Shown one piece after another: positions 17,974-27,698 of a stretch of 44,374 nucleotides of DNA. This DNA is from Candidatus Hermodarchaeota archaeon (GTDB lineage: Archaea; Asgardarchaeota; Lokiarchaeia; Sigyniarchaeales; SOKP01), in the NCBI GenBank assembly GCA_048885925.1, contig JBHLLG010000022.1:1-44374 (forward strand), given 5' to 3'. The notes beneath the pieces were generated by a model that saw only the letters and a list, made by a program, of their open reading frames with translations, did not search any database and was not told where the DNA came from. A program made the position numbers and the translations under genes. How positions within the stretch are numbered: position 1 is the first letter of the stretch; every line of letters starts with the position of its first letter.

Positions 17974-18297
17974 TTAAATTACGATTATACCACCTATTGC
18001 ATCAATGATTTTATTTAAAATGATATCATAATTCTCTATATTTGGTTGAGAAATGTCTGGTAAAATAAAAACAAATGGAATTCTAACATTTTGTTTAAAA
18101 TCCAATAAAAAGTCAATCATCCCATTTGATAAACGTAAAGCTACAATTATCATGCCAATTGAAAAATCATTTTTTAACTCCGTAAACTTTTTTAGGAATT
18201 CTTCTTCATTTCTTACTATAGAACTTTCTAATCCTAAAAGTCCTAACATGGATACAATTTCTTCTTCGCCTAAAATGTGAATTTTTTGATCTACCAT
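17974..18297 (-). CDS. atpF: A/V-type ATPase subunit F
   Basis: KIHILGEEEIVSMLGLLG N-terminus, P.V..LP, C-terminal I..AIG; 107 aa; operon position. Confidence 0.85.
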   Translation of the reverse strand: MVDQKIHILGEEEIVSMLGLLGLESSIVRNEEEFLKKFTELKNDFSIGMIIVALRLSNGMIDFLLDFKQNVRIPFVFILPDISQPNIENYDIILNKIIDAIGGIIVI

Positions 18298-18608
18298 TAA
18301 AAATCAATTCCTAACTCTTTAATAATTACTTTTTGTAATTTTGGTATATTTTTTTTAAATCCAACTTCAATATTTTTAAGACTTTTATCTAAATTTTTTT
18401 CAAAAGTATTAGTTTGAGTGTCAATAGCTACTGCTAAATTACCCAAAGCAGTATTCACGAGAACATTTATTGTAGTAACAAAATTTTCAAATTTAGTGTC
18501 TTGCTCTTGTCGAAAGTCTTCAATTTCTTTCAAATTTACATTCTTAGAATTTTCTATTAATTCGTCATATACTTTTTGAATTTCATCTATCCATTCGAAT
18601 ATATCCAT
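18297..18608 (-). CDS. Probable A/V-type ATPase peripheral-stalk subunit H/G
   Basis: 103-aa all-helical charged protein inside the operon (TAATG coupling to F); the only otherwise missing subunit. Assigned by size and context. Confidence 0.6.
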   Translation of the reverse strand: MDIFEWIDEIQKVYDELIENSKNVNLKEIEDFRQEQDTKFENFVTTINVLVNTALGNLAVAIDTQTNTFEKNLDKSLKNIEVGFKKNIPKLQKVIIKELGIDF

Positions 18609-18654
18609 TTTTTAACCAAGTTGTGATTAATTTTCATTTATTCCAACAATCTCT

Positions 18655-19707
18655 TTATTTCAATCTTTTATATTTCTCATCAAGAATCTCAACTACTTTT
18701 GGTAAAATATATAAATGTATTTCTTTATCTTTCTTGATTAATACTTCAAGAATCTTAAAAATTGCTTGATAATCAACATCTTCAATTTTAATCTCTAATT
18801 TTTTGAAAAAGTATTCTAAATATAATTTCTCAATTGACCATATCAAATGGTTTTTATCAAGGTTATATTTTGATAAAATTAATTTAATTTCTTTCGTTTT
18901 AATTAAATATTGATTAATATTTAAAATAAAATCATTACTATTTGTAAGATCCAATAATTTTAAGATATCTTTTTTATCGAAAAATAAATAAGTGTCTATT
19001 AAAAACTGTGATAATAATTTTCTATCAATATTATTTTTGATTCCCCTATAAATCATATTTAAATTGTAGATTTCTGATATATATTTCAAATAAGGTGTAA
19101 TTATATTTCTTTCCTTTAAACCTAATTTTGAAATTTCATTTTTTAAATTTTCATAATAAAATTGATCAAGAAAAGCCTCAAGTACGAAGATTTCGTTGGT
19201 GTTTTTAAAATATAAAATACCTTCTCTTATTACTCTGTTATATTTTGTTGCTTTCATATGGAATTGTATTTCTTCTAAAGAAGATGTTTCAATCAATTCA
19301 TTTATGAATTCAGTATTGTTCAAATATTCTTCTACTAATTTATTAACTAATAATGATTTATCTGCAATGCTCATCCCTAGTATAGTGCCCAGAATAATAC
19401 GTTTAATATTCATTATTTCATACTTTATCAAATAATTTTTCAAAAAAATACGCATATTTGTTGGAGAAATATATAAAATCTTTCCAATCAACTTAATATA
19501 AGTATGAAATAACTCTCTTTCAATTTCCTCTATAGTATAAGAAGTAAGACTAAGTCCTGGATAATATTTACTAATAAATTCAATAAATTGTTTTATTTCA
19601 TTTATTTCTTCTAATTTTTTTAACGTAATCTCATCCATTATTAATTGTTTTAAAAAACCAATCCGGATAAGGGTAAAAGCATAATTATCAACAATCACGC
19701 TGCTCGT
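18655..19707 (-). CDS. atpC: A/V-type ATPase subunit C (d) (possible ACG start at 19707; ORF track GTG 19698)
   Basis: YA...RI..LK..., YEI.NIK.II, LE..LD..YY, EI.NL...YRG motifs; about 350 aa. Confidence 0.88.
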   Translation of the reverse strand, partial: TSSVIVDNYAFTLIRIGFLKQLIMDEITLKKLEEINEIKQFIEFISKYYPGLSLTSYTIEEIERELFHTYIKLIGKILYISPTNMRIFLKNYLIKYEIMNIKRIILGTILGMSIADKSLLVNKLVEEYLNNTEFINELIETSSLEEIQFHMKATKYNRVIREGILYFKNTNEIFVLEAFLDQFYYENLKNEISKLGLKERNIITPYLKYISEIYNLNMIYRGIKNNIDRKLLSQFLIDTYLFFDKKDILKLLDLTNSNDFILNINQYLIKTKEIKLILSKYNLDKNHLIWSIEKLYLEYFFKKLEIKIEDVDYQAIFKILEVLIKKDKEIHLYILPKVVEILDEKYKRLK

Positions 19708-19762
19708 TACATATTCACCAATAAATCAACTTTAGATTTGGATAAATAATTAAAAAGTTTTC

Positions 19763-20128
19763 TTAAACTGGGGTTGGTATTTTAGTCCAAAGTAAGATTG
19801 CAATGATCAATCCGTAAACTGCTAATGCTTCACATAGTGCAACAACGAGAAATGCTTTAAAGAATGCCTCTTCACGTTCTGAGAGTGCACTTATTGCAGC
19901 TGTTCCAACAGTTTTTATAGCCCAAGCACTTCCTAAAACCGACGCACTGACGGAAATTGCTACTCCAAAAGCTAAAGCTATAGTAGTAGGGGAGTTATAA
20001 TAATCAAATGTTGAAGGAACTTGAGCAGCTACGAAAGAAATAATTCCATTAGATGTAAAAATCACTAAAATTATCAAGAAAACTTGAAATGATACGAGTA
20101 AAAAATAAAATTTTTGTTTACCGTTCAT
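19763..20128 (-). CDS. atpK: A/V-type ATPase proteolipid subunit K (c), single hairpin with extra N-terminal hydrophobic segment
   Basis: GSAWAI..VG.AAI.A..E hairpin and ALCEALAVYGLIIAILL with the ion-binding Glu. Confidence 0.92.
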   Translation of the reverse strand: MNGKQKFYFLLVSFQVFLIILVIFTSNGIISFVAAQVPSTFDYYNSPTTIALAFGVAISVSASVLGSAWAIKTVGTAAISALSEREEAFFKAFLVVALCEALAVYGLIIAILLWTKIPTPV

Positions 20129-20351
20129 ATATCTTACAACCTATGTCTTTATTTAAAAAATTATATTTTTAAATGAGTAAAATAAATTTTTGCGTATAAA
20201 TCTTCTTATTATAATCTGTAAATTAACAGTTATTCTCTTTATTAGAAAAATAAGAATAGATATGAACCAATTAAAATTTAAGAAATTTTATAATTAAAAT
20301 AATAAAATAGAGTACTTGAAATTATAGATTTCAATAACAATTTAGCTCAAT

Positions 20352-20987
20352 TTATTGATAAAGTAAAACCCTAATAAGATCGGCGACATCATGTATAGAA
20401 TCTGCAAGATTCTCAAGTAAAATTATGCTATCTCTTAATCTTAAGAGCAACCTTATTTCTAATTCTTCATTAGAATATAAATATTCAAGGAATTGACGAT
20501 AATTAGCATCTACTTCATTTTCTATCTCATGAATTATGGTTGTATTTTTAAATACTACATCTGGTTTATCTCTAAGGCTTTTAATTGTTGATTTTAAAAC
20601 ATCAGTCATTTTTATTGTATTATTAATTAATTTTTCATATTGCTTTTTTATCTCTTCACTTTTTATCCCATTTAAATTGATTTTCGATAGCATATCTACA
20701 AATTCAAGGGGTAAATTACATAAATTATCCATTTTTAAAATCAATGCAACAAAATCGCCTAAACCTGCTCCTGATTCAGAATAATTTTGGATTAATTGAA
20801 TTTTAATTGCATCTGCATCTTCTTCTGATAATTGCATTTTACTCTTTTTTTTCTCAAGAGAAGTTTTATTTTTCTCATAATTTTCTGCCCATCTATTATA
20901 AAATACACCCATATTACTCACAATAGAGTAAAGTATTCTGGAATGCTCTATTAACATCGATATTATTTCGTCTTTCAATTTGTTCAT
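20352..20987 (-). CDS. DUF47/PhoU-like phosphate-transport regulator
   Basis: Two repeats of E..AD/E.EVD plus D...(MDNL) and LENLAD...D helical pattern. Confidence 0.8.
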   Translation of the reverse strand: MNKLKDEIISMLIEHSRILYSIVSNMGVFYNRWAENYEKNKTSLEKKKSKMQLSEEDADAIKIQLIQNYSESGAGLGDFVALILKMDNLCNLPLEFVDMLSKINLNGIKSEEIKKQYEKLINNTIKMTDVLKSTIKSLRDKPDVVFKNTTIIHEIENEVDANYRQFLEYLYSNEELEIRLLLRLRDSIILLENLADSIHDVADLIRVLLYQ

Positions 20988-21181
20988 AATATTCCATTTA
21001 AATATTTAATTAACTCTTATTATTATAAATGATTAACCTAATAAAAATTTGTATTTAGAGAAATTTTAAAATAGTTTTAATTTAAATTATATAAAAATTA
21101 AAAAATTTTTTTGAGTTCAAATAAAACAGAAAATTTTCTACTTAAAACAAAGAAATTATAAATTAATGTAAATAGTAAATA

Positions 21182-21844
21182 ATGCCAATTAAACAGAAAA
21201 TACAAAAATGGAGAGAATATTCAAGAATATCTGACTTGGGAATTATTGCTAGAAGAAAATTTTTTAATAATGCTTTTGATGGAGCTTTAACGTGTGCAGG
21301 TATTGTAAGCGGTATTTTTATAATTTTTTTAACTGAACCCCTTACGTTTGAATCTCAAGATGTTCTTATAACAGGTTTTGCAACAGCTTTAGCGATAGGT
21401 ATTTCAGGACTTTGGGGTGCATTTCTTTCTGAAGAAGCTGAAAGAAAAAAAAAAGTAATGGATATGAAGAAGGATATGGCAGATTTAGATGAAGATAATG
21501 AAGAATTTGAATTAACACCCGAATTAAAAAATAAAAACTTAAATAAAAAGAGAAAAACTAAAACCTTACTAGAAAAAGCTGAGGGTTTCGCCACTATTGT
21601 TGCTTCATTGGTGGATGGTGGTGCTCCAGTACTTGGTAGTTCTCTTCCACTAATTCCATTCTTATTTGGAGGAGTATTAACTATATTTCATTTCATTTTC
21701 TCTTACATTATACTTGCTGGTTTACTCATCTACCTAGGAATTTTTTTAGGTTCAGTATCTGGGGGAGGACGCTTAAGATATGCCACTCATTTGGTTATTG
21801 CAGGTATAGTAACTCTTCTTGTATCTTTACTACTCGGTATTTAA
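21182..21844 (+). CDS. VIT1/CCC1-like membrane protein (TIGR00267-type)
   Basis: ARR.F.NN.FDG, SG..GA.LSE.AER, G...G...PL.PF, LG..LG; about five TM segments. Confidence 0.8.
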   Translation: MPIKQKIQKWREYSRISDLGIIARRKFFNNAFDGALTCAGIVSGIFIIFLTEPLTFESQDVLITGFATALAIGISGLWGAFLSEEAERKKKVMDMKKDMADLDEDNEEFELTPELKNKNLNKKRKTKTLLEKAEGFATIVASLVDGGAPVLGSSLPLIPFLFGGVLTIFHFIFSYIILAGLLIYLGIFLGSVSGGGRLRYATHLVIAGIVTLLVSLLLGI

Positions 21845-21952
21845 AACTTTAAGGTGTTAAAAAAATCTTAATTTTCAAAAATTCGAGTTGAGAAATAAAA
21901 TATGAATAAATAAAAATTAATTACCTGATTAAAAAGTAAAATTAATAAATAA

Positions 21953-22648
21953 ATGCTTGAAAAATTAAAGATTTACGCTAAAATTACTAATTTATGGGCT
22001 ATTGCGCGACGTTATTTCGTAAATAATTTTTATGATGGAATGTTAACAGTTTTGGGTGTCTTATTAGGTTTTTTTGTAATAATTCTCAAGGAGGGTCAAC
22101 CATTAATAGATAGTCATTTTGTAATTTTAACTGGTATGGGAAGTTCGATTTCTATGTTTTTTTCTGGTATAACAGGATCTTATCTTTCTGAAAGAGCTGA
22201 ACGAAAAAAAATAAAAGATGAAATAAGAAGGGCAATGGTTATAAGTGAAGTTGAGGAAGCATTAGACGATGAAAATTCAAGTGTAGAAGAGATTGAAAGA
22301 GCGATGCTGACGAAATTGAATCATATTATAAATCCAAAAAGAAGAATTAATGAAAAAAAACCTAAAACAATTCAAGAAAAAGCGCAAAGCTTTGCAAGTT
22401 TAGTGGTTTCATTTGTAAATGGTGGTTCTCCATTTTTAGGAGGGGTGGTACCATTAATTCCCTTCTTCTTTGTATCAAATGCTGGTTTTCTAACTTTCAT
22501 TTTATCTTTTTTAATAATTCTTTCGTGTATAATTTTACTTGGTATCTTTTTAGGAGTTGTTTCTAAGGAATCTATTTTGAAAAATATACTTCAAATGGCA
22601 TTTGCATTTTTATTAACTCTTGTTATTTCGATATTTTTGTTAGGTTAA
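21953..22648 (+). CDS. VIT1/CCC1-like membrane protein (TIGR00267-type), tandem paralogue
   Basis: ARRYFVNNFYDG, SM..SG..GSYLSERAER, GG.VPLIPFF. Confidence 0.8.
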   Translation: MLEKLKIYAKITNLWAIARRYFVNNFYDGMLTVLGVLLGFFVIILKEGQPLIDSHFVILTGMGSSISMFFSGITGSYLSERAERKKIKDEIRRAMVISEVEEALDDENSSVEEIERAMLTKLNHIINPKRRINEKKPKTIQEKAQSFASLVVSFVNGGSPFLGGVVPLIPFFFVSNAGFLTFILSFLIILSCIILLGIFLGVVSKESILKNILQMAFAFLLTLVISIFLLG

Positions 22649-22722
22649 TGGATGATAAAATTTAATTTCTGATTTTCATTTTCCTAATTATTATTCCATT
22701 AAACAAAAGAAGCTGAAGAAAA

Positions 22723-23514
22723 GTGAAGACTTGTGGTGTTGATATCGGTAGTCTTGAAACAAAAGTAGTCATATTGGATGATAATATCATTATTGATTAT
22801 CGGGTAGGTCGTTCGACTTTTGATTTTAAACGTGTTGGTAATAACTTATTCAATGAACTACTTGAAATGAATAATTTAAAAAAAAGTGATGTCTATGTTA
22901 TGTCTACGGGATATGGCAGAAATACTATTGATATCGCAGATGATCGAATTACAGAAATTACGGCACATGCACGTGGAGTACAATATTTTTTTCCAGACGC
23001 ACAATCTGTTATAGATATTGGAGGTCAAGATAGTAAAGCAATCTTAATCTCTAAAAAAACAGGTAATGTAATTGATTTTCAAATGAATGATAAATGTGCA
23101 GCTGGAACGGGTCGTTTTATTGAGGTCATGGCTGGAGCTTTGGAGGTTCCTATTCAAGATATTGGAGAATTAGCACTTAATTCTAATAACCCTGCTTCAA
23201 TTAGTTCAACTTGTACTGTATTTGCTGAATCTGAAGTTATATCTCTTTTCGCAAAAGGCTCAAAAAAGGAAGATATTGCTGCTGGAATTCATAAATCAAT
23301 AGCAAAACGAGTTGCTGGAATGGCAAAACGGATAGGGGTTGCACCTTTATTAGTTTTCTGTGGGGGAGTAGCTAAAAATATCGGAGTTAAGAAGTTTTTA
23401 GAGCAAGAATTAGGATTTGAGATTTTTATACCAGTACTTAACGGGAAAAGTAGTGCTCAACTAACTGGAGCGATAGGAGCAGCACTTATTGCTCAAGACC
23501 AAAAGAATAGTTAG
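22723..23514 (+). CDS. 2-hydroxyacyl-CoA dehydratase activase (HgdC/BcrA-D ASKHA ATPase)
   Basis: GVDIGS..TK, TGYGR, EITAHARG, DIGGQDSK, MNDKCAAGTGRF, SSTCTVFAESEVIS, GGVAKN. Confidence 0.95.
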   Translation: MKTCGVDIGSLETKVVILDDNIIIDYRVGRSTFDFKRVGNNLFNELLEMNNLKKSDVYVMSTGYGRNTIDIADDRITEITAHARGVQYFFPDAQSVIDIGGQDSKAILISKKTGNVIDFQMNDKCAAGTGRFIEVMAGALEVPIQDIGELALNSNNPASISSTCTVFAESEVISLFAKGSKKEDIAAGIHKSIAKRVAGMAKRIGVAPLLVFCGGVAKNIGVKKFLEQELGFEIFIPVLNGKSSAQLTGAIGAALIAQDQKNS

Positions 23515-23621
23515 ATAACTTTTGAGAATTTTTTAAAACTTCAATTTTAGGAAATTATAATAAATTTTATGTATAATTAAGTCTTTTTTGATTAATAATT
23601 CATATTTTTTTCATAATTAAA

Positions 23622-24758
23622 ATGGGTAATTTAAAACTTTTATCTGAATACACAACATTTCTACGAGAGCAAAAAGAAGAAGGAAAAAAAGTGATAGCTT
23701 TTATTTCTCATGATAATATCCCAGAAGAGTTACTAGATGCAGCAGGTTTTATCCCTTTAAGATTGTTATTTGCAGGAAACGATGATTTAATGGATGCTAG
23801 CCATGATTACTTACCTCCTTCCACATGTGCTTTTGTGCAATCCTGTATTGGATTATTTTCTCTAAAACCTAGTCAATATGAATTTTTAGAGTTAATTGAT
23901 TACTTTGTAGTTTCAAATCATTGCGTTTCAGATATTTGTGCCTCTGAAATAATTTCTAAATATTTTGGAATACCTCGCTTGAATTTTTACGTCTCCTATA
24001 CTATGAATAAGAATAGTTTGAAATATTTTAAATTAGAATTGATCGATTTTAAAAACCAGTTACAAAAAATTAGTGAAAGTGAAATTAAAGATGAGGATCT
24101 TAAACAGAGTATTAAAAAGTATAATCTATTTAAGAAAAAGATTTTAGAATTTAATTTTTTAAATATTAAAGGATCTGAAAAATTAAAGGTCATTCAAAAG
24201 GCAATGTTATATGGACCTTTATTTCTCCCACAATTAGAGTCATATATTCAAAAATATAAGGCTGAGCAAATTCAAGATTCTATTAATTCAAAACATCTTT
24301 TAATAACAGGCGGTTCTATTTTTATAAATGATTACTTAATTGATTTAATAGAAGAAGGAGGGGGAAATATTATTTTTTTCGATACGTGGGTAGGAGGTAA
24401 CTATTATTCTCAAATCCTTGAAGATAAAATTTTTGAATCAATAGAAAATCCTTATGATTTATTGGTTTATCGTTTTAAAAATAATATTTTTGGAGATCAT
24501 TCTGTTCCCAATTTTTTAGAAAACAAAATATCCCAAATTGAAAACATTTACCAGGATCATTTTAAAAAAACAGGAAGAAAATTAGGAATTATAAATCATA
24601 TTATAAAATTCTGTGATCATATTTCTCTTATGGCACCACATTTGAAAAACAGATTACAGGAGAGAGGAATCCAAGTTTTAAATTTGGAGAGAGATTATTC
24701 AAGAGCTATTCGAGGTCAACTTAATACCAGGATAGAAGCATTTTTGGAGATGATTTAA
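23622..24758 (+). CDS. 2-hydroxyacyl-CoA dehydratase family subunit (HgdB/D-component)
   Basis: PEELL.AAG..P, three cluster Cys (TC, HC, KFCD), C-terminal GQL.TRIEAFLEM. Confidence 0.88.
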   Translation: MGNLKLLSEYTTFLREQKEEGKKVIAFISHDNIPEELLDAAGFIPLRLLFAGNDDLMDASHDYLPPSTCAFVQSCIGLFSLKPSQYEFLELIDYFVVSNHCVSDICASEIISKYFGIPRLNFYVSYTMNKNSLKYFKLELIDFKNQLQKISESEIKDEDLKQSIKKYNLFKKKILEFNFLNIKGSEKLKVIQKAMLYGPLFLPQLESYIQKYKAEQIQDSINSKHLLITGGSIFINDYLIDLIEEGGGNIIFFDTWVGGNYYSQILEDKIFESIENPYDLLVYRFKNNIFGDHSVPNFLENKISQIENIYQDHFKKTGRKLGIINHIIKFCDHISLMAPHLKNRLQERGIQVLNLERDYSRAIRGQLNTRIEAFLEMI

Positions 24759-24760
24759 AA

Positions 24761-26119
24761 ATGAGTCTTATTGCTGATGATATAGTTCGTTTTAGTTCTG
24801 CGTTAAGAATTGCTTATAATCTTTTAACAGGCAGAGACTATTTAAAAAGAAAAAAATTTCGTGAGAAAAAAAAACTAATTTCAGTGGCATTACCATTTTC
24901 TGATTTAGTATATGGCTTTCCTGATTTAGTACCCGTTTTTCCGATTAGAACTCATACTTTTAAAATGCATAATTACCTTACCTATTTAGGCTCTGCTTCA
25001 AATATTTTTGGCTGGCAAAATGTATCAAAATTTTTAGGTTTTGTAAAAAATACTGGAATAGGAGATTTAAGTAAAGTAATTGATGAGATAATTGACGATG
25101 TTATAAATACTGTAAATGAAAAGTATAACGAAATGTATGATATAGGAGTTGAAAATGGTGTTCCAACCGATTTCTGTTATGGTATTAAGACTCTTTATGG
25201 TATGCACGTTTCAAAAGGAAAGAATTACGATGCTAATTTAAATTATACAATAAGATGCAGTGCCTGGAATAAGTATCTAGAATCTTTAAAAACAATTAAT
25301 AATGCATCAAGACAAATTTGGATTGATATACCACCAAGAAACATTGGTAATGCCGATGAATTATTGTTCGAAAATATTTATAATGGAATAAAAGAATTAG
25401 AGAAAATAAGTGGAAATAGTTATGATAGCACCATTCTTAGAAATCATTTCCAAGTTGCTAATGAAATAAGAAATTTTTACAAAATAATTCTTTACGAAAT
25501 AGGTTCAGGTGATTTTTATCCTTGTAATCCAGCTACATTTAGTGAAATATTAGTTATATTAAATAATAGCTTTCAAGATTATAATTCTAATGCAATACGA
25601 TATCGAGATAATATGAAATCTTTAGTAGATGAGTCAAAAGAAAGAATAAAAAAGAAAATAGGTATGGATGTAAGTAAAATGCCCCGAATTTTAATTACAC
25701 CAATGTTTGGTGGATGGGAGCCAAAAAGCCATGAAATAATTTATGAATTGGGCGGTCGAGTATTTTATGCTGATTGGGATCTTTTATTAGCTTTAGAACA
25801 AATCCCTATCAAAAATATATCTGATCCTATTGAAGCATATGCCCATTATTTAATGAATATCACTACTAATGGTATAGGTTTTGATAATGACATATTAACT
25901 GACTCTTATTTACGAATTACTAAAGATTTAAAAGCAGATGGCCTCATATTTAATCAGGTTTTTGGATGCCATTCAATTTCTAATTGCTACACAATGTTAA
26001 AGGAAAAAATTCGTCGAGAACTAGAGATTCCCAGTATTGCTCTCAATTTTAATAAAATTGGTGAGAATGTAGAACAAGTTAAAACACGATTAGGTGCGTT
26101 TATGGAAATGTTCAATTAA
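24761..26119 (+). CDS. 2-hydroxyacyl-CoA dehydratase family subunit (HgdA-like, divergent)
   Basis: DFC, IRC, FGCHS Cys positions; DGLIF; KTRL.AF.EM; 2-bp gap to the previous gene. Confidence 0.8.
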   Translation: MSLIADDIVRFSSALRIAYNLLTGRDYLKRKKFREKKKLISVALPFSDLVYGFPDLVPVFPIRTHTFKMHNYLTYLGSASNIFGWQNVSKFLGFVKNTGIGDLSKVIDEIIDDVINTVNEKYNEMYDIGVENGVPTDFCYGIKTLYGMHVSKGKNYDANLNYTIRCSAWNKYLESLKTINNASRQIWIDIPPRNIGNADELLFENIYNGIKELEKISGNSYDSTILRNHFQVANEIRNFYKIILYEIGSGDFYPCNPATFSEILVILNNSFQDYNSNAIRYRDNMKSLVDESKERIKKKIGMDVSKMPRILITPMFGGWEPKSHEIIYELGGRVFYADWDLLLALEQIPIKNISDPIEAYAHYLMNITTNGIGFDNDILTDSYLRITKDLKADGLIFNQVFGCHSISNCYTMLKEKIRRELEIPSIALNFNKIGENVEQVKTRLGAFMEMFN

Positions 26120-26208
26120 TCTTTTAAAAGAGGTAGGTTTAATAATTTTTAATAATGATTTCTTTTTATAAAACAAGAGATTAATGTCTTGAGTGAGGGT
26201 TAAAGCTC

Positions 26209-27672
26209 ATGTTATTCCATGAAAAAAAAGAAGAACTTGATTATGATCCTTATAAGGAATACCAAGTGCTATGTGGAATAGAAGAAGAATTTCTTATTAT
26301 TAATAAGAAGGGAACTTTAGCTAAAGTTGCAGATGACCTAATGGTAAAGTCAGCTGAGATTCTTGAAAGAGATCAAGATTTTCTGAGTTCACTTCAGGTA
26401 AGAATACGAGGATTAGATGCTGAGCCTTCACCATCACAAATTGAATATGTTACGCTACCATTACCTCCTGCTTCTTTGGAACAAGCTGTTAAAGAAGGAA
26501 GAAAGTTATTAATAGAAGCAGCAAATCAAATTGGAGTTAAAATACTTGCCCAGAGTCTTCATCCTGTGCAGAGTGATCCCAATCCTATATGTGGAACTCA
26601 TATTAATGTATCAGTTCAGAAAAAAGGTAGTCTAATGACTCCTGAAGAAATAAAAGTAGTTAATAATTATATATGGGACTACCTTCCAGAAATAATTGGG
26701 ATCTCAGCAAATTCATATTTATATAGGGGGAATGCAAACAATATTGCCAGCAACCGTTGCGCTAATAGTACTGTTCTTAAACGAAATGGATTTGCAGTAA
26801 TACAGATTCCTGAGAATCGACCAGCTTTGATTCCAATGCGATATTATGGTCGAATGAGATACAAACTTAAAATAGGCTTTGAAGAAGATGAGTTTTCTAA
26901 AAAAGTCATTGCTAATGATCGTGGAGATCGCCTTGTAGATATAACTCCAAGGGGTCCATTTACAAATATCAGTGATGATAATGATGAATTACCCTCAAGA
27001 AATCGAATTGAAGTTCGGATTGTCGATGTGCAATATAATACTGAAGATTTACTTGATGTTGCATATCTATGTTGTGTTTCTGCTCTTCATGCTATAAAAC
27101 TTAATTCAAATGGAGAAATTAGCCAAGATCCATATCATTTAATAAATGTTGAAAATGCTATAGCAAATGGAACTAAAGCGGTTTTTAAGAGACCAAATGG
27201 AGGAATTGAGTCATTAGAAAACAGTATTTCAAGGTGGATTGAAGAAACTAAGAATTATCAGGATTATTTAGGGATTAAAATAAAAAATTTACCTTATAAA
27301 AAATTTCAAATCGATCAATCTCAAAAAGAGCTTAATATTGAATATCAAACTCGAAAAATTGAGAAATTAAGACAACAAGGAAGATCTTATGTTGTAATGG
27401 AATTAGTAGATCCGCGAATTGTAACTGATCGGCAAGGAAATCGTTATAAAATTGAAGCTGGAACGCAAGTTCAAGGCACTTTAGAAGTAAAATACAATTT
27501 TTCTTTTGATGATATGGATGGAATGATTACCAATTTCAATGGGATACGAGTTATTAATAATCTCATTGTGCAGAATTTAAGAATACCATTAATGGAAAAT
27601 GATCGTGTATTAAAAGGACGATCTGAATCAGAGTCTCTAATTGATAGATTATTTGGAGACTTTTTCTTTTAA
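26209..27672 (+). CDS. Glutamate--cysteine ligase family 2 (GCS2/YbdK-like) carboxylate-amine ligase with extra C-terminal domain
   Basis: GIEEEF, QIE, GTHINV, EVRIVD metal/ATP-binding motifs. Confidence 0.8.
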   Translation: MLFHEKKEELDYDPYKEYQVLCGIEEEFLIINKKGTLAKVADDLMVKSAEILERDQDFLSSLQVRIRGLDAEPSPSQIEYVTLPLPPASLEQAVKEGRKLLIEAANQIGVKILAQSLHPVQSDPNPICGTHINVSVQKKGSLMTPEEIKVVNNYIWDYLPEIIGISANSYLYRGNANNIASNRCANSTVLKRNGFAVIQIPENRPALIPMRYYGRMRYKLKIGFEEDEFSKKVIANDRGDRLVDITPRGPFTNISDDNDELPSRNRIEVRIVDVQYNTEDLLDVAYLCCVSALHAIKLNSNGEISQDPYHLINVENAIANGTKAVFKRPNGGIESLENSISRWIEETKNYQDYLGIKIKNLPYKKFQIDQSQKELNIEYQTRKIEKLRQQGRSYVVMELVDPRIVTDRQGNRYKIEAGTQVQGTLEVKYNFSFDDMDGMITNFNGIRVINNLIVQNLRIPLMENDRVLKGRSESESLIDRLFGDFFF

Positions 27673-27698
27673 TTAAAATAAATAAAAGCATTAAAAAG

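Noticed and set aside
19708-19713. ATG-TAA start-stop mini-ORF upstream of atpC
   Set aside because: Only 2 nt from the GGTGA SD and easily produced by chance; no support for function.
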